The translations under genes and the position numbers were made by a program. Shown here one piece after another: positions 40,290 through 54,800 of a DNA stretch of 64,000 nucleotides. The stretch lies in contig JBITNC010000001.1 in the NCBI GenBank assembly GCA_050084985.1, forward strand, positions 202,182,001-202,246,000, read 5' to 3'. How positions within the stretch are numbered: position 1 is the first letter of the stretch; every line of letters begins with the position of its first letter. The notes below the pieces were generated by a model. It was not told the origin of the DNA, did not search any database, and was given only the letters and a program-made list of their open reading frames with translations. Source of the stretch: Nageia nagi. Taxonomy: Eukaryota > Plantae > Pinophyta.

Positions 40290-43200
40290 TCATATAATTA
40301 AGTAAAAAATAGGAAAATTATTTTCTCATGGTGGATTCAGCTTCCCATGTAGAAGATAATTTAGAATACTTATCCCATTATACTAGACACTCATTAATCT
40401 TCCAATTTCTTAGTTTCTTAGTTCTAAAAGCTAGAATTCTAATAGGGAGAGCTTTAATAGCAAGAGGTTCCAACATTTGCAAACAAGAGAAATCCAACAC
40501 ATGAGAGGGATCAATAACATACTTTCTCAGTAGAGATACATGAAAAACATTATGCATTTTTGATAGACTTGGTGGCAAAGCAAGTTTGTAGGCAACTAGA
40601 CTCTTCTTTTCAAATATCTCAAAAGGACCAACAAACTTAGGATCAAATTTAGTATATTTTATGGTACTTTTCATAGGTTAAGCTTGTAAAAATACTTTTT
40701 CACCCATAAAAAATTCTTAAGGAGTTCTTTTGAGATTAGCATAACTCTTTTATAGATCTGTATCTTCCTCCAACTTTCATAGAATGAACTTTAACTATTC
40801 CTCTATTTGCTTTAGCATTTCAAGTTGGATCATCACTCAATCCTCCTAATTATTCTAAGATAAATGAGTCTTGCATCTCCTTCCATATAGAGCCTCAAAG
40901 GGAGCCATTCTTAATGATGAATGATATCCATTATTATAAGCAAATTCAACTAAGTAGAGATAATCCTTTCATTTAGTTTTTATTTTATGAAATACATTTT
41001 GAGCATTTTATCAAGCACTCTATTCACTCATTTAGTCTAACCATATATCTCAAGGTGATATGTTCAACTCATATGCAATTTCATTCCCAATGCCTTGTGT
41101 AATGATTTCCAAAACCCAAAGATGAATTTAGAATTTCTATCTGAGATGATCACCTCATGAAATTCATGCAATATAAAGATTTTATGGTAAACTTATTTGC
41201 TACTATAGGGGCATCATCAGTGGTGTTACTAGGTATAAAATGTGCTACCTTGATCAATCTATCAACCATTAACAAAATTGAGTCATGATGGAATTTGGTT
41301 TTTAGTAAACCAATAATAAAATCCATCAAAATCACCTTCCAATGTAAGAACATCATGTGGATACAAATATCCACTTTGATGTTGATGTTCTACCTTCACT
41401 TTCTGATATTCAAGGTATCTTGCCATAAATTTTGTTATCCTTTTTCATTCCATCCTAATAAAATCTCTATTTTAGGTCTTCTCAAATCTTTGTACCTCCT
41501 ATATGTGTTGCATACAAGGGATGATGAGCTTCTTACATGCTTAAATTTCTTATATTTCCCTTCTCTAGGATGATTAATATGTTCTTAAAATACAAAATTC
41601 TATCTTTTTCAATGAAATCTTGCGATGATGGGGTACCATTCCCAATCAATTCTTGGATGGACTGCAATATGTGTCTTCTTGATACAAAACTTTTAATTAA
41701 TCAAGCAAGTCAAAGTGACCTATTTTCATGGTATTGATATGTCATCTATGGCTCACAACATTTGGCAACTTGTTCTCCTTTCCTTTGATGTACTCAATGC
41801 CAATATCATATCTAGCTAGGAATTCCATCCGTCACCTTTATCTAGAATTTAGATCTAGCTGAGTGAAAAGGTACTTCAAACTTTGGTGATCTATATTAAG
41901 TTTTAAAGGATTTTCATAGAAGATAGTGTCTCCATTTTTTAAGTGCATGGATTACAGCTACCAACTCAAGATCATGAGTTGCATAGTTCAACTCATGTAT
42001 TTTTCAATTTTTTAGATTAAAATGCTACTAGATTTCCAATTTGTGATAACACACCACTTAAATCTTCTATTGAAGCATTTGTACATACAAAAAAATTATC
42101 ATGTTGGTCAAGGATAGTGAGAACTAGTGCTATGGTAAGCCTTTCTTTCAAAGTTGTGAAGTTTTTTTCACACTTTTCTATCCATTTGAACACCTTACTT
42201 TTATTTTGAAGGCTAATGATTGGATTGGCTATATTTTAAAAGTATTTGATAAACCTTTGATAGTACCTAACTAATCACCTAAAAATTCTTACTTCAATCA
42301 TATTTGTTATTGCAGGCCAACTCATTATTGCTTCCACTTTCTTAGGATCGACTAAAATTGCTTTTATAGAGATGATGTGGCCTAGATACTAAATTTGGTA
42401 GACATAGAAGTCACACTTTGATAATTTTCTATATAATTGGTTTATTCTCAATACCTCTAGAGCTAACCTTAGATTATGATTATGTTTTTCCTCATTCTTT
42501 GATTATATGAGGATATCATCCAAAAATACTAGCACAAACTTATCTATGTATTTTTGGTAGACACTATTCATCAAGTTCATGAATGTTGTAGGAGAATTCA
42601 TTAACCCAAAAGGTAATACAACAAAATCATAGTGTCCATACCTAGTTTTAAAATCTATCTTATGGGTTTCCAATCCTTTAATTCTTAATTGACGGTATCT
42701 TGATCTTAGATCTATCTTTAACAAAATAGTAGCATCTTTGATTTGGTTGAATAAGTCATCAATCCTAGATAAAGGATACCTATTCTTTATGGTGACCTAT
42801 TTTAGCATCCTATGATCAATACATAACCTCAAAGTTTTATATTTCTTTTCAAAAAATAGCACATGAGCACCCCATGGTGACACACTAGGTTTTATCAATC
42901 CTTTTTATAGTAAATCCTATAATTGTACCTTCAACTCTTGCATCTTAATGGTATTCATTCTATATGGTGTTCTATAAATAGGTTAATCTCTTGGTACTAA
43001 ATCTATCAAGAAGTCAAATTCTCATTTTGGGGTAATCCAAGTAGATTTTTAGGGAATATATATTTGAATTCTCTTAACATAGGGTACTTATTTAACAAAT
43101 CTACCTCCTTATCATTTTATTCAACTTTAATCTTGATTGCATAGATCATCTCCCTTTTCCTAATGCTTATTTTAACTTGCATAGTTGTGATTAGTTAAGG

Positions 43201-44880
43201 TTCAAAAGTTCCTTTATCATTGTACACCTTGTATCAATTTTGAGATACATCAGTGTATTCTACCTATATTTTCTAGAATTCAATTAAAGCTTTGTGGGCC
43301 ATCAACCAATCCATGCCTAAGATGATATTGTAAGAGGCTAGGGGAAGCATATACAAATCACACACAATATATCCCTTGGGTAATTTTAGTTCAACATCCC
43401 TAAAGCATTATCTAATAGAGTATTTTTAACTTGATTCAAGCTCCACTTACCACCCATTTGCTAAAAATTTTGGTACCTTTGACATGTCCTTAACTAAGGA
43501 ATTTGAAATAAAACTATTTGCAACACCATAATCTATAAAAACCATAAAAGATTTATCAAAAAATTTACTAGGGATTATGAAAGGTGTGGGTTTTCCTCTA
43601 GTCTATCTCGATCTGGTAGCTACAAATATTTGATATTCTATCAATAGATTTATCATTAGGGGAAACTAATTGGCATAATGAGCTCCACCATAATTCTAGC
43701 ATCCATCTCAAGGAGATTGTTTTTATTCTAGAAACTTATCTCTAGGTGTATTTTGATTGCCTCTTTGATCTGGAAACCCTTGACCATGGTTTATAAAACC
43801 TTGGTTTCCATTCCTAGGATATGATGTTGCTTACAAAATTATTGATTCTTCCTTTGGAAACCCTTCTTCTTATAACCCTTATTTCTAAATGGCCTCTTCT
43901 TAAATTTGGAGGGATTACCATCCTTGTAACCATGATTATATTCTTTTATCTTCTTGTTGCTTGTCTACTATGATTCTTTCAATGGATTTCCTTTTCTTTT
44001 GCATTTGAAAGCTTGTAGTTTACAAAGGTCTTCTTCATACCCAAGTTACTTTCTTCCTTTTTAGCAAGGTCATACACCTCTTACAACATTTTGAGGTTTA
44101 GTATATTTACCATAGTTTTAATAATGGGATCTAACCCCCAAAAAATCTATGCACCTTCATGTGATTCTATCTTCTAGGATGTACTTAATAAGTCTATCAA
44201 ATCTCTAATGTTAACTCTAAATAATCATGGATTCTTTTTGAAAACTATAGTATTCCTCATACTTTCTATCATAGTACACTTGAGGAATGAATCTCTTGTA
44301 AAATATTGCAATAAATTTTAGCCACTTTAGGTACTAGATTCCATGCTCAATCTTGTATGCATTTCACCACTCTAGAGCAATATCATAAAAATTATATGTA
44401 ACCCATATTATTATGGTCTCTAGAGAAGATTTTTTCATTGAGAAATAGGTTTCTATTTCTTATAACCATACTTCCACTTGTTTTCCTTATTGCTTACTAT
44501 TAAATTTTATGATTTGAGCTTTCTTAAGATCTGTTGCAAGTTCTTGCTCAATTCTTATTTGAATCTGATCATCCACCCCCTCAAGTCTTGCTTGTCCTAG
44601 AACATGTTCTTATCTTGGAGATTCACCCTGTTGATCAATAGATTGTTTATTATCTCTTGTTTCTCTACCACCTACTCTTGTAATCTTATGATGGCTTCTT
44701 CTCCTTCATTTTTATATATGGAATGACTTGAAGAACTCTCATTATCATTTTTGAGAACCCTTCTATTGGCATTCTTCATTATTCTATTTCTTGCATTTTG
44801 ATCCCTAACATTTGCATTTCAGTCCCTAAATTTTTTTTTTTCCTTGGCATTGATATTCATAGGAATACCATTTTTGAAAC
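40290..44880 (-). pseudogene. Degenerate gag-pol of element C
   Basis: [13 protein letters not shown]...[21 protein letters not shown]...FLDDILI (42503-42724); IN MDFIIGL...VDRLIKVAHFIP (41150-41374); GPF/chromo region FVGPFEI...HNVFHVSLLRKY (40378-40674); protease-like FIDYGVANSFIS near 43500-43545. Confidence 0.93.
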
Positions 44881-45041
44881 TTTATTGCTAGTTTATTGAA
44901 GCTCTTGTTACATATCTTGGAATTTCTATAATCTAAGTCCAACAAATGGTATTATTATTAGGCTTAAGCATACTCATCTTGAATTCCTAAATTCTTACAA
45001 TAAAAGAATCATACACCATAGTCCCAAGAGTTGAACTTGAT

Positions 45042-45053
45042 GCTTTGATACTA
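45042..45053 (-). promoter_or_regulatory. PBS (tRNA-iMet type, decayed) of element C
   Basis: Minus strand TAGTATCAAAGC versus TGGTATCAGAGC, next to the LTR end at 45055. Confidence 0.8.
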
Positions 45054-45054
45054 A

Positions 45055-48000
45055 TGTAACACATCCTCCTATTCCTAACATCCAAAACCCTAAAATTTTA
45101 GACCTATTTTTTTATTAGTTTTATACACTTGAATGATCTAGGAATGGATCCTAGTGATCCATATGATCTTGTTCATGCTGCTAGCTAGTTAGCACCCACA
45201 TCACAAGATTGGGTAAAGTCTAGATTATCCGACCTTGATTAAATATCTTTTGGTGTTTACTCCACAATGCTCATCCCATTGAGGATATGCCTCATATGTG
45301 ACCCCACCATTTCCACTTCACAAAATGTGTAGTAGATTTATTGGGCACAACATAGTGGTTACCTACTTAGGCCCATGTCACCTGAGAGAATGCACATCCC
45401 ATAGGTTACACATCCTCACCCAATGTTAACCCTTCAAATCATAAGAGAAAATAGTTTATCCTAGGAAAACTTCCTTATGAGTAAGAAAATATCATCACCT
45501 ATGGAATAGTCTTCTACTTCTATGTGCTTAACTGTAAATAGTATGACTACTAAATTACCTTCACCCAATAACTATAGTTTTATTAATTGCTATTCTCATC
45601 TAATACCATGTCAAGGATATGAGACACTAGCTTGCCCATATCTATCAACTAGGCTCATCATGGGATCTAACATCCATATGCCCATATTTTGGGGATGCAT
45701 GAGTATTAAAGCAATACCCTTAAGTGCTTTGTATAGTCTAATTAATTTTAAGCAAGGTTATGAGATAAAAACCACCCAATACCTAATGATATTAGGATAA
45801 CTGATCCTAGATCAATTAATAGGAATCTAAGTTCCATGTTCATATCATGCATGAGGTATTAAAATAAATCATATTTCATATTTAAAATCAATAAACAAAG
45901 TGTATGGAGGATGAATCAAAAAAAGCTTGCTTAGTAAGTCACACAAAATATCCAAAAGTAATACAAATATCCCATATGCATTATAATACATAATTAATAC
46001 TACTTTATAAAATTTATCATACTAGTGTTTAGTAACATGCCTTGAGATGACACTAAAGTTAACTACTTCTATAAAGGAAGTGCAGCACGAAGTGGTCCTT
46101 ACTGAAGGTATATTCTTTTGGATTTTCATTTGTGATAAGGTTCTACCAATGAATATTCCATGCCAAATCCATCCAAAAGTTCCCTTTTTGGTTAAATTGA
46201 TTCTTTTGGGGTTTCTCTTTCATCTAGGTTATTTTCAATTTTATCTCTCCTTTCTATCATTACTCATATATTACACTATCAAATCTATTAGGTATTTATG
46301 GATCATTATTAGGGTTTACCATTAAAGTCAAGTCTCTAAATTTTTTTTGATGAATCTTAGGAGAATTATGATTGTGAATGATAATTTAACACTCTACTTA
46401 ATCCCATTTTATTCTATTTTAATCCCTTTATATTATTTACAACTTATTAGTAAGTTGTAAAATTAAACTTCTTCACCTAATTGAGTTTAGGATTATCTTT
46501 ATGAGTTTTACTTACCCAAATAGTTAAACTTCTAACTATGATAGTAAATTACATTTGATCATAATTATAATATAAATCCTTAGAGTTTGATTTTATTTTA
46601 GTGTATCCCCTTATAGTTATTACTACTAAAACATTCTTCTTGTATTCCAAATCTTATTTAGATAATGTGGGTCTTGAGACTATATTAGAGTAATAGGATC
46701 TACACTCATGAAAGAGAGAAAAATGGTAACTATCCAATTAGATATCACATTCTATCTATATTTTTATTTTATGTAGAGATAATGGGGTTAACTAATTAAA
46801 GGCTTAAGTATAATTTCATTGGATATAAATAAAGACATTATTTATTATCCTTGAATCCATATTACTTCATATTTTTTATTAACTACCTTCATATGGAATT
46901 ATATTTGGAATTCCTACTCTATAATTTAAGAGGTTTTATAAGAAAATACACTAGTTTAATTAATCCTTAAAGGATTTTAATTTTTTTTTACCAAGCGTGC
47001 ATTCCATAAAAGTATTTCATGATGATATTCAATTACAATAAATGATGGAAACCCTTAATAGTTATAAGAGGGTCCCTTACAATTTTAAATATATCAAATA
47101 CATCAATTTGATCATTTGGAGGTTTATAAAAATAGAAATGATTCCCTCCTTGATCTAATGCAACATAATAACTAAATAATCAATACTATCAAAGCTTGGC
47201 ATCCAAATAACATAGCTAAAAAGTTTCATATGTTTTATCAAGCATAACTATAAATAGAAAATGTAGAGAGGAAGGAGAGTAATTCAACAATAGTTCAAGA
47301 CATTACTAAATCTCAAAGCAAGAGGACTTCCTAGTTCCATGTAGAGGAGAGATAGAGGCATAATTTATTTTGCTATTCTCAGATTATTAAAGGGACTAGG
47401 AATCACTTTCTTAGATTATACAACTCCTTGCATTTGGACATAAAGCTATGTGGAAGACATCTTGGGATTTTACCTCCCTTGAGTATATTTGGAATGAAAA
47501 TAAGTGAAGTTAAATACATTTCCCTTCAATTGAAAGTTTTAATGATTAATTTCACACCATGAGGAGAGGAAAGAGAACTTTATAATCTATTTACAACACT
47601 ATCCTATTGTGCCTTTCCATGGTCTCTAGAATGGGTGCTAAGCTCATGCTAGGAGATCTATGAGAGCGAGGGAATTCTACGAAAGGATACAAAACCTTTT
47701 CTAGGCTAAAATTCCTATGAGTTTACATGAGGTAGTAATGTTTAAATATAGTCTTATCAAATAGATAAAATAATAAAAATGCCATAGGAGTTTGTATTTG
47801 AATCATTCCCATCAATAAATTTCAAATAAAAAATATAATAAACTTAAAAAGATAAAAAGTACCAACTATCACATGTAGTATGTCAAATAAAGCAATTAGT
47901 ATGTCCTTTCAAATACAACAAGGCCTATATCAACAACTAATTTCATAAACCTTTATCAAATAATCCTTCCATACAATATATTAAATAACACCAAGTAATA

Positions 48001-48966
48001 CTACTTTAACTAAGCATTTTAGCTTTATTGTCTAAAATGCAAAAGAATGCACTTCAACTTGAGAGAGGGAGAGACTTATCTTCTTCATGTAACTCTAAAC
48101 CCCAAAGCTTGAGAATAAAAATAATGATATAGTAGTCATTTTCCCTAATGTTCCACCCCCTTATTTATAGCCAAGGAGGTTCAAATATGTCCAAATAAAT
48201 GTGTAATCATCCCTTTAATAATTTTAATTGTGGGTCTTATTAAATTTGTTGATAAGTGTAGTGGAATTAAATACTTTGAACCTTTTTTTATATTAAATAA
48301 CAAATTAAGGCTAATTATTTCCCATAACTAACATAAAGAAACAAAATAAGTAGGGCCATATCTCAATTATTTTCATAAACCACCAAAATACCTTCTAATA
48401 TCCACAAAGTGACATTAGTCTTTTTAAATATCACTTTTTAACTTTTATCCTATTTTACTAACAACCCTAAGTAAACATTTAAATTCAATAGAAGAGAATA
48501 TTCTTTTCCCTTTTAGAAATAGTTTCAAAAATATATTGCAAGGTTTTAACACTCATTTTACCTATGATGATCCCTTCATCTTGCATGGTAAGTTCATTAG
48601 CATACACACACATATATACATTCATTATCAAAATTGGTAATCTTGCTTTGTAATTATGAAATGCAACTATATGATTTATGATGATCATTAGAGTTTATCA
48701 ATGAATGAATGCCAATCATTTTCTCACTCTTACCCTTTTATTTCTATCACCAATTCACCCTTGGTTCCTTGGGTCTTTTCTCGTACTTTCCATATCAATT
48801 TAACCTATATCCTATGTCATAAAATCTCAAAGCTGGCATCAAACTAACATAAATATAGCATATTGCTATTCAAAATTTATCATCACATAACATAATTCAA
48901 ACTTAATTTCATTCAAATCCTTGATAATACTTGATTCTTAATAGTGAAATTGGGCGGGTCATTACA
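45055..48966 (-). repeat. 5' LTR of element C (3912 bp)
   Basis: TGTAACACATCCTCCTATTC...GGTCATTACA; homologous to the 31117-40209 copy. Confidence 0.92.
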
Positions 48967-49925
48967 TATATCTATGGTCATAGGATCTGTCATTTGCAAA
49001 TCATTCACATCTCGAACATAAGAAGGATCAATAATGTACTTTTTGAGAAATCATACATGAAAAATATTATGGATTTTTACAAATTGGTATCAGATCAAGT
49101 TTGTATACAACATAAGTAATCTTGTCTATGATTTTAAATGGTTTTATAAATATGGAAATAAGCTTAGATGTCTTAATTGAGCTCTTTATTGGTCTAATGT
49201 GTAAGAAGATCATATCACTTACATTGAATACCCTAGGATTTCTTTTCATGTTAGCATAGATTTTTTGGTGATCAACAAACTTATTTAGCATTTTTTTGAT
49301 CTCACTCAACTGATACTCTATATTAGCAACCAATTTAGGTCCAATAATGGTTCTATATTTAAGATTATCTCAATAAATTTGGGTTCTACACTTTCTTCCA
49401 TAAAGGGCCTCAAATGGTGCCATACCTATAGAATAATTATGATAATTATTATATGAACATTATATGAGGTAAATATAATCTTTCCATTTTGAAGGATGAT
49501 CCATGCAATACATTCAAAGCATATCTTCAAGCATTTGGTTAACTCTTTTAGTATACCCATATATTTGAATATGATAGGTAGAATTGAAATTTATCTTAGT
49601 TACTTTGGATTCATGTAAGTTTCTCAAGAATTATGATGTAAATTTCCTACCCCTATTTGAAATTATGGTCTGAGGAAATACATGCAATGAAAAATTTACT
49701 TTAACATACTTGTTAGCTATATTATGGGCATCATCCATAGTGTTTCTAGGTGTGAAATGAGCTACCTTTGTAAGTTTATCAATCACCACAAAATTTTCAT
49801 CATGATGATATTTTATTTTTGGTAATTCTACTATGAAATCCATGCTAACTACTTGCCATTTTTGACTTGGCACATCATGTGGATGAAGTAGTCCAACAAG
49901 ATGCATATGCTGAACCTTTACTTAA
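48967..49925 (-). pseudogene. Integrase remnant of chromovirus B, host of element C; upstream pol lost
   Basis: GLLHPHDVPSQKWQVVSMDFIVELPK...VVIDKLTKVAHF (49631-49906); QKIYANMKR...FNVSDMIFL (49067-49333); NIFHV.FLKKYIIDPS runs up to the LTR junction. Confidence 0.88.
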
Positions 49926-50962
49926 TTTCTTTTGAATACACTAAGAGTTATCCTCAAGTGATGGTCATGTTCATACTTATTTTTAAAATAAATTAAGATC
50001 TCAAATTCCTATTGATTTATCAATATTTTACAAAGGGATATGAACATTATGTGTATCCTTCTAGATCCTTTCCCTTATTTATTTTTGGAAAAAACAACAC
50101 AAGGGGTTGCAATACATTCCTTTTGCAAATTTTGCATCTTTTAGGAGACATGAATAATCAAGAAAATGGATATTGAGGCAAAATGGGATGGAAAAATATA
50201 AGTATGAGAATTTGTGAAATTGAAAGGGTATATGTAGAAGAAACTAGGGAGCAAGTAGCAACATTCTTAATTCTTTAGAATAATACTTGTAGATTTGATT
50301 ATGGGAAAAAATATTAGGCCAAGTATTTTCATTTATTTTGGCATTAAATCTTTAAATAGGTAACATCACATCATGAGGAACAAGTTCTTTATTTTCTAAA
50401 TATAGTTATCCTATTCCTTTTGTGATGTCATTGACTTTAATAGTATTCTTTTAGATTTAGGAGGAAAAATGATATATTTTTAAGGTGATGTTAGATCATG
50501 TTTGGCTCATTAAAAGGCTTATTATGACATTACCTTTTCTTTTACATTTTCTTTGGTCAATTTTTCAATAATCCATGAAATGATGCTTTCTTTGGGATAT
50601 GCCATTTTTTACTACAAAAGAATCCTTTTATAGATTTTTGAAATGATAGTATATGTGCTTCCTTTTTGTGTATCTAGATTATTTTTGAACTCTTTATGAT
50701 CATATTTGCAAACTCTAAGGTCCTAATTTCTACTTCTCTCCAAGGAAAATGTTAGCAGCTAAGCCATAACCAAATGGCTAAAATCCAAGATTTCAAATTT
50801 TGGATTTGGTATTAAGTTAGGTTCTACTTCTGATATGTTTTCCTAAATTTTATTTATTTATTTATTTTCCTAGTAAAATAAGCCAACATTAGAATAATTT
50901 TGGCTTGTTACATACCTTAAAATTATAAATTATAAAATTATTGCCTATAGAGTCACCTCAAA

Positions 50963-51011
50963 CATACACACACACAAACACACACACAAAAGCATATATA
51001 TATATATATAT
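50963..51011. repeat. Compound (CA)n/(TA)n microsatellite
   Basis: CATACACACACACAAACACACACACAAAAGCATATATATATATATATAT. Confidence 0.9.
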
Positions 51012-51817
51012 GACTTAACTATGCTTTACTATCCTCATCATGTTTAATTGAATAATTGATGTTTCTATGGTGTACTTGTATAGATCAATGTAAAACTAAT
51101 GGTGGATATTTAATTTCATTAAGTAGGAAGGGAATTCAAAATTATTGCACATGCCTATAAAACCATCCATAAAGTTTCATCTTTCACACACTCAACTATG
51201 CTTGAACTATCTCTTTGTGTTTGATTTTTTCAATTTGATATTTGAAAATATTGGGCATAACATTATGCATGCCCCATTATCATTATCGAGGAGGATCTAG
51301 AATGGAAGCACTTGATCTAGTCAAAGAAATGCTAGAGGCATAAAGAAAAGAGATAGAGGCACAAGAAGTGATGATCATATTGAAACAAAATTTTATTGGT
51401 CAAATTATCATAAGATTTTTTGGGCCTAGCTTCATTAAATTTATCCTCAACATATTTAGTTGAACTAAATCAAACTATTATAATACAATTTGATGATATG
51501 TAAATAATTATAAGAAGGATTAATATGTATGTTTAACATTCTATAATTAAGAATAGAAGAATAAAATTGTATTATATAATTTTAGGTAACATCCTTATAT
51601 GCAAGGGTGCTTTTCACTTCTAGGCTTTCCATTCTTATCAAGAAAATTAGCCCAAGAAACATAGTTAACATATTCCATCACAATCCAACAAACATACATG
51701 TTTATCGAAGAATAATCTAATCATGGGATATGTATGGTATGATTCTTATAGTGTTAATTATATTGATATTAGATTGATAAGCACATTAAAAAGTGTATTC
51801 GTCAATAATCAATAATC

Positions 51818-51877
51818 ATAAGAAAGTAACTTATTTCATTAGGTTAATAATAAGAAAGTAACTTATTTCATTAGGTT
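51818..51877. repeat. Perfect short tandem duplication (28 bp x2, period 32)
   Basis: ATAAGAAAGTAACTTATTTCATTAGGTT at 51818 and 51850. Confidence 0.9.
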
Positions 51878-54800
51878 TAAATTTTTTAGTACCTTCCAAG
51901 ACAATTTTAATTAAAATCTTACCTAGATTAGAGATCATGCTTAGTATGTAAATATTACATATTTATGAATATGTTGATAGATTATAATGATCAATTTAAG
52001 GGGCCTATGTGAGTTAGGAATAGTAAATAGTACTAAATAGTAGTAAGAAATACATATAACAAGATTTATATAAGAATGTGATTAATCTCTATTGGTTGTA
52101 TTTTAGCTAATGGGATAATGTTTGGTCTAATAAATGATGGAAATAACCATTGTAATTCTAAAAGGTTTGTTGCATCTTAGGTATTGAGATAAATAGATAC
52201 CTAGATCCAATTCTAGGTTATATGTAGGAAGAAGATAAATAGCCACTTACTTATATGAAAGTTAGTAGCTCAAGGATTCTCTAGGTTGATTTGGATTTCA
52301 TATTGCTCCTTGTGCTAGTATGTGGGATCTCAACAAACCATAGATAAGCCTTTTCTCCATGCTCATCCTCCATGTTAGTATGCACCTCTACACAAGTATA
52401 CTGGGGAATTATTATTGATGGTATAATAAGATCAAGAGGTAATTAGTGATATGTCAATAGGATATTGGCAACATGCTAACAAATTATGGGATTCCATAGG
52501 AGATTGGAAGCATGCCAATGATTTTGATGAAATACAAAGTGAAGAAAAATAACACATCGAGAGGATTATGGCAACACTGTAAGAGGAGATAGACAACACA
52601 CTATGTAGATATTTATGGTAACCATCAGTAGTTTTACATGGTAAGAATATTGAAATTAAGAGAGAGGTTGTTTGTATTGAGTGTTCTCAATTGTGACTCT
52701 AGATTTTATATCCTAACTATTGGTCACCAAGCCAAAGGACTATCCCATTATGTGATACCTCACTATCTCAAAGGCCATAAGTTTTTCTTATTTATATATC
52801 CATGGCTAATATCATATGAATATACTTCCATAAAATTTCAATTATTTTGGTATGTTACAATGTGAAAAGTTATAAGGAAAAATGTTAATCAAACATACAT
52901 TATACAAATAAAATAAACTAATTAAATATAAAATAAAATATATAGAATTAAATATTTGAAATTAGAAAAAAATCTTCTTTTAAAATATACAATAAAAGGA
53001 ATTATTTGATATAAACTTAAATATATTCATCTTATATTTATAATTTTTATCCCCTTTTATAACAATGATAACAAGTTTAGAAATTTATCACCCCATTTTC
53101 TAATAGGTTTCAAGACTGATTTCCTTTATATTAAAAGATATTTTTAAAGGGGGGATCTTTAAATTTTCTCTACTTCCCTCTAGCCTAGGTACTTCAAATC
53201 AAGATTTTTATATCATCGATTAGAAATGTTATTTCCAAAATAAAATCATATTATGATAATCTTTATCAATTCAAGATTTTGGGTCCTAGATTTTCTAAGA
53301 CTCAGTGTTGATGTCATCAATTTAAGATATAAGGTCTTAGATAAAATTCAATAGCTTAAGATCTAGGAACTACTTGTGCCATGTAGAATGTTCTTAGTCA
53401 TTATCGATAAATATGCACCAACTTTGAGTGTCACATAACTTCAAACATAGTCTTGGGTGGTAGATAGTATTTTATCTTCAATATAAATATCACTCTTTCT
53501 ATCCCTTGGGGTCTTTTCTACCCATTATGTAATGTCATCACTCAAAAATACTAAATCTCAAATAAAGAGTCCATCATTATTGAGTTTTCCCTAGTCTCTA
53601 GAGTTACTAAAGGTTAGGGTTGACATCATCAGTTAGAAATTTTGATCCCTAGACAAAATTATAATTATCTTTAAAATATTGAGCCCTATATTGTCTCATC
53701 CTTAGGGTTTTTAAAACTTGATGTTGATGTCATCACTCATAAATATTTGGCCTCAAATAAACTTTTTTAATACTTACAAAAATTTCTAAGTATAAAAAAT
53801 TCTACTTAATTGAGTTATGGATTTCCAGTCCTTATGATCTCCAATCAAGGTTTTTTTATGAAAATTGAATTTTCTTTACTGATACATAATGGAAGAAGGA
53901 AATCAAGAATAGGGAACAACTAGTCAAAAAGAAATATAGGAACCATGAAGTTAAGAAAAATGTATATGTTGGAAATTCCCAAATGCAAGTTAAGAATTTT
54001 GATATTACTCAAATGTGTCAATTATTTAACACCATTTTTCATGAGATACCTTGATAAGCATTCCAATATTAATAACCTTTTGAAGTTTATTTATTTTTAT
54101 TTCAAAACCTTTATTAAACTAATCTCTTTGTTGTATTACTTTCATTTTCATACTTAATTGAATGGAACTTGAGATAGTTACTTTCCTAAACATTTGATTT
54201 TTAATTTTCTTTCTTTGTTTATTGATACATGATTGTGCATTGTTGCATAATATCTCTTGTAATTTTAGGGGTTAACTTACTCAATTGTACATGTTTGAGC
54301 ATTTAGTATTTGAATTTGTTCTTTTCTTGGTTCATCAATGCATGATTTTGTACCATCGCATAACATCTCCATTAAAAGAAAACATATAACTTGATCATTT
54401 TCATCATCTCTTTTATATATTTTCAAAATTCTCTCAAGATTATCATATACTTGGGCAATATCACATCCTCCAAAGATATTATATAATATAATACATTCTA
54501 CACAACCACAAAGTAAAACTCTACAACATGATATACAACATAACATAACAATCATAGTACATAATATAGAACATGATATGATTATTATAGCATATAATAT
54601 ATAACATAAGATGATAATCATAACACACCATATTTTTCATAATTTATCACAAAATAATTATTTCTATACATGGCTTTTTAAAAGTACAAGATCTAGGAAT
54701 GCCTAGTCAAAATTACCATAAAATTCAATGAAAAGATCTTCAAACTCTAGGGTCTCTAATGAAAAATTCCATAGAAAATGCAATGCTAAATAAACTTATG

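Larger units (their letters stand above)
31117..48966 (-). mobile_element. Element C: full-length degenerate Ty3/gypsy chromovirus (Tekay/Del-like) with ~4-5 kb LTRs
   Basis: LTRs at 31117-40209 and 45055-48966 (TGTAA...CATTACA), PBS 45042-45053, PPT ~40212-40222, gag-PR-RT-RH-IN-CHD order, TSD AATAT/TATAT (4/5). Confidence 0.93.

Noticed and set aside
54277-54621. 114-aa Cys/Ile-rich ORF
   Set aside because: The N-terminal half derives from a low-complexity ATAAC/ATAT-rich repeat; no domain evidence.
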